From: Iphione sp. A-MEVVRFRX5
Lineage: Eukaryota
Assembly: GCA_976226885.1 (NCBI GenBank)
Contig: OZ320314.1
Location: forward strand, 68,820,001 to 68,884,000
Direction of reading: 5' to 3'
Length of the DNA stretch: 64,000 bases
The stretch's first letter is position 1. Every line of letters starts with the position of its first letter. Positions 1 to 11,820 of this stretch are shown one piece after another. The notes beneath the pieces are model-generated. The model was given only the letters and a program-made list of their open reading frames with translations, was not told where the DNA came from and did no database searches. Made by a program: the position numbers and the translations under genes.

Positions 1-359
1 ATTTTACTTTTATATTAAATGCTATCAAATAGACATAGGTTTCCAAAATGAATTGGGAACCTGAATAAGAGAGATAAGCTATCAAGTATTCATGACAACG
101 GAATCTCATAGTCCCTTCCATGTACTGGAGGCTTTTAAATAAGGGAGGTCTTGCTTTACGCTGAAGTCCAAAAGTTTTTCTTACAAAGTCATTTTCTCAT
201 ATTTTGTGACTAGATAACAACTAGAATATATTATCTTTTACCTTCCGGTAGTTCGGACCATTGTGCCAACATACCTATTACATTTCTAACGATCTTCCTG
301 AATATGTTAGAGAGGCCAGCGACCCAACCAAAGTAATGGAAAATGTTTCTGTCATGCAG

Positions 360-434
360 ACATTTGAAGCATTTGTATCGAGTGGAGACAACGTAATTAT
401 CGACTGCCCCACTTACTCAGGAACACTTGCAATT
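360..434 (+). CDS. AADAT: AADAT/KAT II-like aminotransferase, first exon in window (TFEAFVSSGDNVIIDCPTYSGTLAI)
   Basis: cag|ACA acceptor and ATT|gtaagt donor; 75 nt, phase 0/0. The peptide matches the FExxxxxGDNVxxDxPxYSGTL segment of human AADAT as I recall it. Confidence 0.9.
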
Positions 435-803
435 GTAAGTATAATACAGTTGAGACCCACTTAGAAGACCAAGCTTGGGACTGGGCAATTTTGGACTCTG
501 TTTCAGCTTAGTTACATTAAGCATCAACTTTGTAGAGGAGTTCTCTTCTCTGGTACTGTAAAATCTAGGTCTGTCACCAGGTTTGGTCTCAGACTTAGTC
601 CCGGTCTTAGAAGGTTCAGATTTATCTGAGTGGATTTTAAGATGGTTTATTTTATTTTTGATTAAAGGTAACTAACATAGACAGTGAACCTGTCAAAGTA
701 AAAGTAGTCATTTAACATACATTTGTATACATCTCGCATCTATTACGACAAAGTCCTTTTCAGTGTCCTTGTTTCTTTTGAAAGCTTGTTGCATTTTTTC
801 CAG

Positions 804-1013
804 CTTCGGCCTCTAGGTTGTAACCTCCTACCCATTGAGACTGACAATATGGGAATGTTGCCAGACAGTCTTGCTTCAGTGTTGTCTCGCTGGAGACCAG
901 AGGATGCTCAGGACCCAGCCTCAGGCCTACCCAAGCTACTCTATACCGTGCCAAATGGAGTCAATCCAACAGGCGCCTCACTCACTGCTGAAAGAAAAGA
1001 GAAAATATACAAG
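804..1013 (+). CDS. AADAT: AADAT-like exon (LRPLGCN...LLYTVPNGVNPTGASLTAERKEKIYK)
   Basis: ttttttccag| acceptor and AAG|gtaatg donor; 210 nt. Contains the class I aminotransferase LYTVPNGxNPTG motif. Confidence 0.95.
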
Positions 1014-1790
1014 GTAATGCAAAAGTACAACTCGGCCTATATTGAAATCATCAACAAAAAACAACACCGAGGCTGCTCTGTACTGCGCCAATTTCTTTCC
1101 GTCAAATAAGCACCTCATTCACTACAGAAAGAAAAGTTAACATCTACAAGATATGGTAGGAGAGCATCTCTTTCGATTCTTTATTCTTAAAACAGTTCTG
1201 ACAAATTTTAGAACAGTAGGGTATACTTTTATTAAGGTAGCCTCTCGGGAAACAAGCTTCTTTTTAGTGAAACCGGTATTCTGTACAGAATTTATGGCCT
1301 AAGGCCTGTGTCTCTATACATATTTTTGAAAGAATTAAATGAAAAAGAACAGGACAAATAAAGACATGTTCTAGTACAAAATAAAATGATTTATCAGTAA
1401 AAATCATTTCAAAAGCTACTAAAATTATTGCTAGTGTGATCCGACTCTCTTAATGAAGTTTCTCACAACAAAGTGTTTTTGTGGAACATATGTTAAAGGC
1501 CAGATTCCATAGCTGCGTTGGTGTCCATGTGCATTCCCACCCATTTTGTATCCATTTCCATGCACTGTTATTGAACCAGTGATCAGTATTAGAGGATGTC
1601 AAATGCGTCTGTGCGTGTGACTGTCTGTGACCATTCATGGGATCATTAATTGTCCCGGACCGATAATTTAATGCAAACAGACAACAACGGACAGTAGGAT
1701 AGAGGATATGTCCTTTGTAGCAGGTGTAACTTGTTAGTTTATGTAAAATAATATATAATTTGCATATAACCTGCAAAAAAAACAATCATG

Positions 1791-1940
1791 CCATTTACAT
1801 AGATTTGGGCAGAATTCCTTACAATAAACACAAAAGCGTGCTTTTACACAGATTTGGCCAGAATTTCTTACGATCAACACAAAAAACACACCATTTGCAC
1901 AGATTTGTCCAGAATTCCTTTATGATCAGCACAAAACACA
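1791..1940. repeat. Degenerate minisatellite, ~50-bp unit x3
   Basis: The core agatttg(g/t)(g/c)cagaatt(c/t)ctt recurs at 1801, 1850 and 1901. Confidence 0.75.
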
Positions 1941-2856
1941 TATCATCTGTCATACATCTATCATAGATTTCGTGAAACATAAATGCACTGTCAATATAAA
2001 CCCCTAATTTATCATAGATTTCATGCATCCTCTCACAACCTTGGCACAACCTCAATAGGCACCCCCGTCCATGAAGCTGCATGACTGCAAAACGCATGTA
2101 AAATGCAGGTTGGTGCACACGGACAGCCAACGCAGGTGAACACAGCTCAATGCATGTAAGGAACCCGGGCCTAAGGGATTATTAGGGGAGGTATACATGT
2201 ACCTGTTTATCAACAGCAAGCGCCTTTGGCACCTTCAACTGGTTAATTAGGGTGTGGTTGTGGTGCAGGGGGGGTGTCAGAGAGAGGGGGGGAAAGGGTT
2301 AAAGTCCAGACTACCCAGCATTTATAACCCTCGGTTCTGCTTGACTGGACACTGACATGTGTAGTGATATTACACCCAGCTGAAAAAGTAGTGCCAGAAT
2401 TTTATTCTGGTTTCTTTTATATTCTACTTTCTACCTTAAAACATATGGTAATATATATTTTTCTAAAAAGGATGAACATAGAATGTGAGAGAAGAAAAAT
2501 AATGAAGTTTTGAAAGAGTCTCATACACATGAGATCTTCCCCCGTGGCTGGACTACTTTTGGGCAACGTTTTATATGTGTAGTGTAATTAACCAATTAGC
2601 AGAGTACGTAAACACTGTCGTAGCATCATTTTGACACCGTTATCTGTTGAAATGATTAGTCAGGTATCTAATCACTTCCAAGTAGACACGGTATTTGTTA
2701 AACTTTTGATGCATGGGGCTTATGGATGTTGCTGTAAGTGTCTCTTAAGACTAACAAGAATGAGACAATAAATAATTCTACATGATCCTACAGTTGCATA
2801 AAAGCTGCAAGTATAAATCTGTTAATCATCATTTTGCTTTCACATTTTATTTTCAG

Positions 2857-2922
2857 ATTGCACAAAAATATGATATACTTATCTTGGAGGATGACCCGTA
2901 CTATTTCCTACAATATACCAAT
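2857..2922 (+). CDS. AADAT: AADAT-like exon (IAQKYDILILEDDPYYFLQYTN)
   Basis: ttttcag| acceptor and |gtaagt donor; 66 nt. Contains the EDDPY motif (PLP-contacting Asp/Tyr). Confidence 0.95.
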
Positions 2923-3414
2923 GTAAGTCTGTCGTCTTCATATGCAAGCAATGTTAAGTGGTTATTTAGTTGATTGTGAACAGGAAAGTATCGCTCCTTT
3001 TTCCTTTCATCTTTTGACCGTAACTGCCCGCTCACCAGCATTCCCTACATGCTATACACATATATTAATATTTTCCTTACTGCAAAATACCCTCAGGATC
3101 GACAGTCATGGTTAAATTGGTAGCTTTGCTTATACCTGTCGGCTTGCTTGTAAATGTGACGTCACGCTCAAGCTTGTCAGCTGTCTTATGCTAGGCTATT
3201 GTGGTAAACATAACAATGCTGATATCTATTGCTGGAAGTGTACTCAGCTATCTTCTCCTGAGGAATAAAGAACTCATCAGACTGGAACACAAACTGCATC
3301 GCATATAACAACCCATGAACTTCCAGCAATACTTTACACAATGTAAAGCAATGTGAGGGGCCGTCCCCTCCGAAGCTGCTTGTGTAATCGATCTTTACCT
3401 CATTTCTCTGACAG

Positions 3415-3497
3415 ACACCAGCGCCGAGTTTCCTCTCCATGGATCAGGATGGCCGTGTCCTTCGATTTGATTCCTTCTCCAAAGTTTTCTCGTCTGG
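3415..3497 (+). CDS. AADAT: AADAT-like exon with the PLP Schiff-base lysine (TPAPSFLSMDQDGRVLRFDSFSKVFSSG)
   Basis: ctgacag| acceptor and GG|gtttgt donor; 83 nt, ends in phase 2. DSFSK motif with the Lys codon at 3481-3483. Confidence 0.95.
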
Positions 3498-5320
3498 GTT
3501 TGTTCCAACTTTAGACATTTTCTAGGAACAAGACTTAAAAGTACACTCTCCTGATGTACATGTTAAACATGCATGCATAAAATTTGCTCTCCCGCAGGCC
3601 ATCCCTGAAAGAGACGTTATATTGTCTCGAGTGACGTCCACTCTTACCCATTTTAGTAACAAATGGGAACACACTGAGACCCAACGTGGGATATATGGAA
3701 CTCAAGTTAGGCTCTTATATATATCAGATATCAAATATTTTTTGTCACCAATGTCATAGAGGAGGTGGTAGGACTCGATCAAGGAATACTGCTGTCCAAT
3801 TATCCGACCCTCCATCTTTTTTTGATATGGTGTTCTTGCCACTGGCTTATTTTTGTATAATTCAAAATGATTTAAATATCCATTTAACATATTTTAATAT
3901 ATTGTTGTACATACAAAACAGTTGAAGACACAGTCAGTTTGTAGAATTCAAGGCATGCGGCTATGTCATAGACTGCTCACCCAGGCCGAACTGATTAGTT
4001 CCACTTGTTTGAATGGTTGGTGGGTGATAATTTCCTCAGATGACCCCAAACACTATGGATGGATCGATAACAATATTGTAACCATATTGATTAATTGCCC
4101 CTTGAAATTCGGCACTGAAAATAAATGAAGAAAGGGGAGAGGGAAGAAATATGTGGCGAAGTAGGGAAGGAGGTGTTGGGTAAGTTGTGGAAAAACGGGA
4201 AAGAGATATCTTAAAGCGGGAAGGAGAAATTATATGTTGATCTGGAAAAGAGGTTCAAGAGATGAAAGGAAAGGTTGAGGAAATTGAGGGAATAGAGAGC
4301 AGGAGAGGTTAGTGAGATAGGAGGAGGAGAAAAGATACTGAGATGTGTGTACGTGTGTGTGCGTGCTTGTGTGTACAATACGTGAGGAATCGCCACTGTA
4401 TAGATAAATTTATTGATCCCTCCACAGTGATTATTGATTGTTAAAATATCAGCAGTACCCATCCCTGCCCTGAAAATTATTTGCGATAGGATTTAGTTCA
4501 TGCTTTGTACACCAGGTGGTCACCTGAGGGACTCCCTCGATCAACGCTGACACCCGCACCTGTGCCAGTTTTCCCAGGGCGCCCGCTCAATACATGTGTA
4601 TGTGTGCATGTATGTGTGTGTGTGTTCCGGGCGTGGCTGGCACTAGGAAAATGCGCAGTGGCGCTGGAAATGAGGTAGCGGCTGATGCTGGTTGACCACA
4701 GAAAAAAAAATTAATACCACATTTGGATGGCACGACTCCATACTGAAAAACAGAAAATATGCCCCAAAGATGATATTTGTGAACCAGCACTGTTTAGTTT
4801 AGTGAGGTAAAAGTAACAGCTCCATCAAAACAACGATTCACCATTAATGTTTGAGTCCACAGTGTATGTCCAGATGATGCTGACATCTAGGAGGTGCACG
4901 GGGAATCGTGGTGCATCTGAAATAAATATCGCACTTGGTACACTTAACCAGAAAAAGGCCTTCTAGGAGGCGTGCTTTACCATTCTGGGTGGTTGCCCCT
5001 CCCCCAACCCACCTACTAACCCCTCCAACCCCCAGCAGGTATGGTTTGAGTAGTCACCGTGCAACATCCTAAACATCAAATTAGCCTTTTGAATGAGCAA
5101 ATATGACCGTTTGCAAAACATTTTCCTATATCATATATCATTACATATTGATTACATAGATGAGCGAATCATCACTTTGGATACACTGAGTTCCTCAAGA
5201 ACAGTAAAATTTGTTTTATATTTAATTCATTTTTTGTATGTACATGTATACATATTTTAGTTCTTAAAAGAAACATCGTTACTGATAATACATTCTATAT
5301 GGAGTCTTTCCGTGTTGCAG

Positions 5321-5417
5321 ACTGCGGTTTGGCTTTGTGAGTGGTCCCCAGCCTCTCGTTCAGCGGGTGGTTCTCCATCAGATGGTCTCCTCTATGCATG
5401 CCAGCACGATGTCTCAG
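5321..5417 (+). CDS. AADAT: AADAT-like exon (G-LRFGFVSGPQPLVQRVVLHQMVSSMHASTMSQ)
   Basis: gttgcag| acceptor and CAG|gtgtga donor; 97 nt, phase 2/0, consistent with the previous exon. Contains the GLRxG motif. Confidence 0.93.
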
Positions 5418-5750
5418 GTGTGATTCTTTATATCCAATTAGCCCCGTTCTAAGTTAGCCCCATTTAGAGATCGCATGATCTCACAAGAACCATGTGACAC
5501 CAAGCTTCTAAACTCATTTAGATAAGGTGTGTACACTAGTCTTTGAACTTGCACCGAATTATTTCAGGTTATTTTATTCAGAATCACTCCTTGAAAAGAC
5601 TGCGAAACGCATGTAGTTTAAAATGTAACCCATCGTCTATGAGCAGCGTTTTTCTTATAGCTAAACATTTTTCATGGTACACGTCTGCCGTGAGACATGC
5701 AATCTAGAGATAAACAAAACACTTATCTACTCTTTACTTATCCATGCTAG

Positions 5751-5812
5751 GTCCTAATTGCTGAGGTGCTAAACCACTGGGGACTTGACGGATTTAAAAA
5801 ACATGTCCAACA
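5751..5812 (+). CDS. AADAT: AADAT-like exon (VLIAEVLNHWGLDGFKKHVQ)
   Basis: gctag| acceptor and CA|gtaagt donor; 62 nt, phase 0/2. Matches the LLHxWGxEGFxxHV segment. Confidence 0.92.
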
Positions 5813-6179
5813 GTAAGTTCCCGCCCTCTTATTATTAATAATGGATGTAATGTTCTAACGTTAATGACACTTATTGTGTCCTTTTTATCACACGCAGTGT
5901 GGAAGCAAGTGTTTTCCAGACAAGCCTTAACCTGAACACGCTGGTAACGTGTATACTGTTGTCCTCTGTACTTTTCCTGATTCCTTCAACTTGTATCCGT
6001 ATGTATTATCAGTAATATTATCCTTACAACCATTCTTCTTTGATCAAAATGAGAGAATGACACAGGAAGAGAACAGAGGGTGAGAGAAGCAAAAGTAGAG
6101 TGAGTGCGAGAAGGAAAAAGAGAGGAGCACATTGTTATACTAGACTGAATCCATGGAAAATGTATGAATGATACATATA

Positions 6180-6541
6180 CAGTGGAGTCCTTCACTGCAG
6201 ACGCCCGGACACAGTGGACAACCCATAGAATGGACTGTTTGGGTACAGTCCCAAACAAAAACAAGTAAATAATATGTTTACAACAGCTAAGACACAGTGG
6301 ACACTCAGTTACTCATCAACTTCAGCACTTTAGTACTTTAACTCATTAAATTCAGCACGTTTAGTACTGTAACTCGTTAAATTCAGCTAAATTCAGCACT
6401 TTTAGGACTTTAACTCATTAAATTCAGCACTTTTAGGACCTTAACTTATTAAAACTGCAGAGCTGGGCTACAGTGGACACCCGCGACAGCGCACGCTTTA
6501 AGGACAGTCCGGCAGATGCCCACTGTTGAGGAGTTCCACTG
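6180..6541. mobile_element. pogo/Tigger-type MITE (TA-flanked, CAGTGGA... termini), left member of a tandem pair
   Basis: TA|CAGTGGAGTCC... at 6180 and ...GAGGAGTTCCACTG|TA at 6541. Imperfect inverted ends share CAGTGGA and CCGGAC. Confidence 0.7.
6321..6453. repeat. Minisatellite, ~31-bp unit x4 plus a partial unit, inside the MITE
   Basis: Unit ttcagcacttttag(t/g)actttaactcattaaa starts at 6321, 6351, 6392 and 6423. Confidence 0.85.
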
Positions 6542-6543
6542 TA

Positions 6544-6732
6544 CAGTGGAACCTTTCTACTGCAGATGGCGGAGAGCCTGTGTCCGCAGTAGGGGATGTC
6601 CAGTAGGCGGTGTCCACAGTAAACATTAGACATTTAACTATAAATCAAGGGTTTTTGTATGGTTTGTAAAAATAATGTCTGCACATAGGGTTGTCTGCTG
6701 TGTCCGGCTGTACGCTAACTGAGGTTTCACTG
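6544..6732. mobile_element. pogo/Tigger-type MITE, right member of the tandem pair
   Basis: TA|CAGTGGAACCTTT... at 6544 and ...GAGGTTTCACTG|TA at 6732. Confidence 0.7.
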
Positions 6733-7140
6733 TATATCTAAATGAACTTCTTGTGAATGTCCAGTTTTAATAGGTATCACTCAGTAATTGCAGTGTATAA
6801 TACTTGACTGAAAATCACTCATAAAGTGATAGAATAATGATCGAGCTTCAAATCAATACTTTTACTCAAAGTGCAGGTGTAGAGCTAATACGAACATACC
6901 AGGATTGCATTGATCTACTCTTTTTTTTTGAAATTACAAAGTCTTTTTTGCATCTTTTAAGGGAAGCAGTGCCTCGTTTCATACTGAGGTACATAACATG
7001 AAAGCAGAACTGAATACTATAAAGAATGAATTATCTATCTAATCGTCATTATGGTGTACATGAGACTTAAATTTGGGATAAAAGACCGCTTAACCACGCA
7101 TTACTTACTGAAATGTGTTCTATATACGTTTCTGTTTTAG

Positions 7141-7205
7141 AATTGTAGACTTTTATAGGGGTCAAAAAGAAGCGATGATTTCATCTGCCACCAAGAGATT
7201 GACAG
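7141..7205 (+). CDS. AADAT: AADAT-like exon (IVDFYRGQKEAMISSATKRLT)
   Basis: tgttttag| acceptor and G|gtatgt donor; 65 nt, phase 2/1. Matches [21 protein letters not shown]. This exon is not visible in the supplied ORF track. Confidence 0.9.
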
Positions 7206-7286
7206 GTATGTACAGTGTACCTCCATAGTTAAGGTCAGGAATACATCTACTTGTTTATCTGTATATCTTTCTATCTGTCTACATAT

Positions 7287-7309
7287 ATGTATGTATGTAT
7301 GTATGTATG
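7287..7309. repeat. (ATGT)n microsatellite
   Basis: About 5.75 perfect units. Confidence 0.9.
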
Positions 7310-7351
7310 AAATAATCATCAATACAAAATTGACTAAACTGATGACCTTAA

Positions 7352-7705
<354 letters not shown>

Positions 7706-8030
7706 TAATATTTAGGAAAAGTGCCTTTTGTTATGTTTCATGGCATCCCAGACAATTGGCATTATGAGGTCCGGTTCTCATATGTGCATCGGCCTGCATA
7801 TGTACATGCAGGTGCATTGGTGTGCATTAGATTTTGCCCACACCTTCTTGCACAGCAGTGTCTTTTGAGCCTGCATTTGAGTATGTTGCAAAATGTTGCA
7901 TAGTATTGTGTGAGTGTGTTGTCAAAGGTAAGCAAGACTTTGAGCATATGTTAGATTATGTAAAGGTACTAAAAAAGTGGTATTTCAGAAGAGAAATCCT
8001 CCAAATACCAGTGAATCTGATGAGTAAACG

Positions 8031-8112
8031 TCCTAAAACTGGCAAATTTGATAGAAAACCATGCTAAAATTGCCAATTTGATGCATACAATCCTAAAACT
8101 GGTGAATTTAAG
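8031..8112. repeat. Degenerate minisatellite, 30-bp period x3
   Basis: cctaaaactggcaaatttgat-like units start at 8031, 8061 and 8091. Confidence 0.7.
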
Positions 8113-9094
8113 GAAAAAAAGTTTTACAAACAACAAATTTGATGAAGATGTGCAGCAATGTGCAGATGTCCAGTAATCATGATTTTCACTTCATCTAACG
8201 TATGTAAGATTCATGTTCTTGCCTGCTACAAGAGATATATGTCCAATGCTACTTGTGTATTGACATAAATTGCATGAAAATTATAAAGAAATGTCCAAAA
8301 AACAGGCAACACACATTAACGCATGCCAGCAAACACAGCAACACATATGGAACATCCTGCAGTGAATTCACTATGTCCAGTAAAATGCACAGCAGCACAT
8401 AGACATTGCACTGGACAACGATGCAGATATGGAAACCGAGCCTTATCAACAGGCGCTGTTGACTTACGCCATAACCGACTTATGCCATGACCAAGTTGCT
8501 ACATATTCTTTTCGACTATATTGCACCCAAACATCAAGTCAGTGCCTATAGGAAGGACCATTGGCATGTGAATTACTGATGTTGCTGGTTGTGGTGCGAA
8601 TTGCCTTGCCCCCTGTTTAATGTAGTCATTCATGAAATAGAGTAAGAAAACAAAAACGTTATAAAGCACACATCCATACTAATTTGCTTTTAATAGGGGG
8701 TTTCAATAATTGTAAAGAAGCAGCTCTATATAACGAGCTATATGTGCCTTATGTGTCCAAAATGTTTTAAAGAATTATTGAACATGACTTTGGAAAGATA
8801 GTGTTTTAAGTATCACTCATCTTGGGTCATTAAAACATGTACATATCCGAACTTTACTGTACTGTCAACTTGTCAAATACAAATTCTGCTTTAATAGTAG
8901 ACAAGAAAGGAAGCGACGGAGGCTTGAATAGAACTGTCCAATTCAGCATCGGATTTTCTCCAATAACATTAATTAATTAACAGGTAAATGTATATATGTA
9001 GGAATATTATAGTCACTCGGATGCACAAATACCTTTATGTAATACGAGAAGATTCCCCAACCCTATGACATCACGATTGGTGTCACCTTGACAG

Positions 9095-9196
9095 GTTCTA
9101 CTGGTGCCTGGTGCTGCCTTCATGCCGGACAACAGCGCCCCCTGTCCATATGTGAGGGCATCTTTCTCCCTGGCCACGCCCGAGAAGATAGACCAG
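9095..9196 (+). CDS. AADAT: AADAT-like penultimate exon (VLLVPGAAFMPDNSAPCPYVRASFSLATPEKIDQ)
   Basis: ttgacag| acceptor and CAG|gttagt probable donor; 102 nt. Contains PG-x-x-F and the substrate-carboxylate-binding Arg in YVRASFS. Confidence 0.93.
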
Positions 9197-9980
9197 GTTA
9201 GTGAACTGTTGATACTATGAATAGGCCATATTTATGTGATCAAGCCGACGAATATATTCAAGCACGTGTCTACATAGTCGTGCAAACAACAGCGGTTATT
9301 CGTTTTTAGGAAAATCTTTTCAAAACTTCAATTCTGACTATACGATATGGACTATAGCCTTTTGAAGTTGACGAGGTGATTGGTGAGTTAAAGGGATCGC
9401 ATTGTTTCTTTAAGATCTCTGCTATCTAATTAACTGAATAGTTTAGTTCAGGTACCGCACACTAAGTGTCTTTCTGACAGGTGTCGCTCTGATCAGTCAT
9501 CCAAGCAAACAGCATTTAGATGTCGGCACAGTCCCTGTAACGCAATGGTTGGCGTAATTCTCCTACTTAATTGGTTAGATAAACTGATTCAAAATGGTTA
9601 ACCAGCACTGAATACCACAGCAGGTGACAATGGTGTTGCTGGTGTATTTCTAGGCGACTGAATAGAACTTGTATCTATAGTAATGCATCAACGAAGAGGT
9701 GGTACACGCAATATGTTGTAAATGTTGTCTTGCGATTTCACTGACATGCTCCAAATTTATTGTCAACGTTTTTGCCCCATTTAAGTGAAGTTGAGCCGAT
9801 TTATAATTGCAAATATTTGCTGGTGAAATTGTCCGGCAGTATGGTCCCGGGTATGTTGTGAGTTAACGTGTCATTACGTCGCAGCGTAACCAGATCCAAA
9901 CATAAATCTTAATCCATACAATTGCATATTTTGTATCAAAACTAAAATTAACTAAAAGAAAGCCATGCCCTGAGGTATTA

Positions 9981-10190
9981 ACGGAGGGGTCAGGGGGTAC
10001 CCAATAACGTTTCACCAAGAATTCAAAACCATCATAACGTTTAAAGAAGGAGCTGATAACTTTTTACCAAGAATGAATTCCTTGGTAGCACTTCACCAGT
10101 AAATCCTTCATAGCACTTCACGCTTATTTGCAGAAGCACATAACGCTACACCATGAATTAAAATGCCCAATAACACTTCACCAGAATAGG
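9981..10190. repeat. Degenerate motif array (ATAACRYTTCACCA-like, ~6 copies), probably part of a non-autonomous element
   Basis: ataacgtttcacca, ataactttttacca, agcacttcacca, ataacgctacacca and ataacacttcacca occur within ~190 bp. Confidence 0.55.
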
Positions 10191-10583
10191 TAACACGCCC
10201 TGTGTATTATCAATGGAGGTCATATCCGCGATGAGTCAACGCCTCCTTAGCGGAGGTAGGTAAAGGATCACATGCGATGATATATTCCAGACTTTGCTTC
10301 ACTCCTCATTCATTGTGAATGAACTGACTAATCTAAGCTTTCAACACATTGCATTCATCACATTCTGTACATTTCAGTTTTTGAAAATCCATATCAAATG
10401 GAGCAATGTAGCTTAACAGAAAGACATTACGCAGTTGACTCATCCATTTTCATAGCCATCGTGATAAAAAAAAAAACTGATCTAGAAAAAAACATAGATT
10501 TTCTGGACTAAAAATACCCAAAACTTATGGATTCCATTGAAAATCGATTAAATGTGAACAGAAAAGTAAATGATCCAGTAGTA

Positions 10584-11104
10584 CAGTGAAACCTCTCTAC
10601 AGCGGACATCATTGGGACTAGACTAAAAGCGTCCCTAGTAGGGGGTGTCCATTGTAGCTTAGCTCTGAGTGGCTCAGACTGTATGTTCATTAACATCCTC
10701 CCCACTTCCCCAAGCTCTTCCCTCACACCTTCCTTATGTGTTGATAGCTCTGATTGTATGGTCGGCACTATCCGCAAACGTCTTCCCCACTTCTCCAAGT
10801 CCTTCCCTCACACCTGCGACAGGTATGAGCATATCTAAGGATATGGTCACCAGTATCCACGAATGCCCTCCTGACCTCTCCCTGCCATCCCTTACACCTC
10901 CCTCATGTGTTGGTAGGGATATTTTATGCTGTAAATACTGTAAGATCAGTGTTTTGCACTGTGAAGTGGGTTTCCAGAGGTGGGTGCCCACTGTAGCTGA
11001 GTGTCCACAGTGGCCAGGCAAGGTTTTGACTGGGACTGAACTAAATCCATCCGTTGTAAGGGTTGTCCACAGTGGCGAGGCATCTGTCAAGAGGGTATGC
11101 ACTG
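10584..11104. mobile_element. pogo/Tigger-type MITE, 521 bp
   Basis: TA|CAGTGAAACCTCTCTACAG... at 10584 and ...AGAGGGTATGCACTG|TA at 11104. An internal direct repeat (ccccactt.tccaag..cttccctcacacct) occurs near 10700 and 10785. Confidence 0.75.
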
Positions 11105-11777
11105 TACAACATATTTCTATTTGATAGAACGACTAATTTTTTTTGAGCGACAATAAATCAAATGGTACATTAGGCTTACATGTAATTTTCATGTGCAGGT
11201 GTAGTGTGTAACCTGTTTTTATTGCCGTAATGCCGTGACATGTTGACACTGAGTTCAGTGTTCGGAAATGATTTAAATTAGTTTTGGATCGAAATATACC
11301 TATTTTATCTTATTCCAATCGCACATGGCATGTTTACCAAAACCGTCATCTTGATGATTCGTAGTTCGCATGTTGGACCTACAAAAATATGAGTCGAGCA
11401 TGTGCACTGAATGCAGTTCTGTATACTTCTGGTTTTGAGCTAATATGATGCCCTCAACTGAACTTCTTCTTATAAATCGAATAATTGATCAAAATGGCAT
11501 GGAAATACATCTGAAAGATCTGTTACTAATTAGTTTAACATAATTTCATCTTGATTTCATCCAAAAACATCTAATCTTTCCAAATTTCAATGAACTAAAA
11601 CCGAGTCGATACCAATCCACCATTTTGTTTTGATAAAAAACGAACATACAACAATGCCTTCTTCTGAACCAATAAAAATGAATTATGCCCATGTTTTGGT
11701 CAGCTCACCACAACACGCCTTTGGTAATGCTATCAGATAGGCAGTATCACGACCAACATTTTAGAAAAAAAGCCCTC

Positions 11778-11820
11778 GAGATGTGGTCCCGTCAGCCTGG
11801 GGCAGACTGGACCACATCTC
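11778..11820. other. 43-nt inverted repeat (hairpin)
   Basis: GAGATGTGGTCC (11778-11789) pairs perfectly with GGACCACATCTC (11809-11820). The stem extends by GTC/GAC and GCC/GGC across two 1x1 mismatches to a 3-nt loop. Confidence 0.8.

Noticed and set aside
261-1109. Supplied ORFs 261-464 and 723-1109 as complete genes
   Set aside because: Only 360-434 and 804-1013 are AADAT-like. The flanks are intron read-through bounded by clear splice sites.
1236-2435. Possible Kolobok-type element (TTAA|GGTAG ... CTACC|TTAA)
   Set aside because: The inverted match stops after 5 bp inside the TTAA, which is easily chance.
5898-5944. Cryptic AADAT exon (cacgcag|TGTGGAAG...CTG|gtaacg)
   Set aside because: The peptide has no AADAT similarity and the exon would break the phase between the flanking exons. 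The true next exon is 7141-7205.
6321-6453. CRISPR-like array
   Set aside because: The units are head-to-tail with no unique spacers, and the context is eukaryotic with no cas genes. It is a minisatellite.
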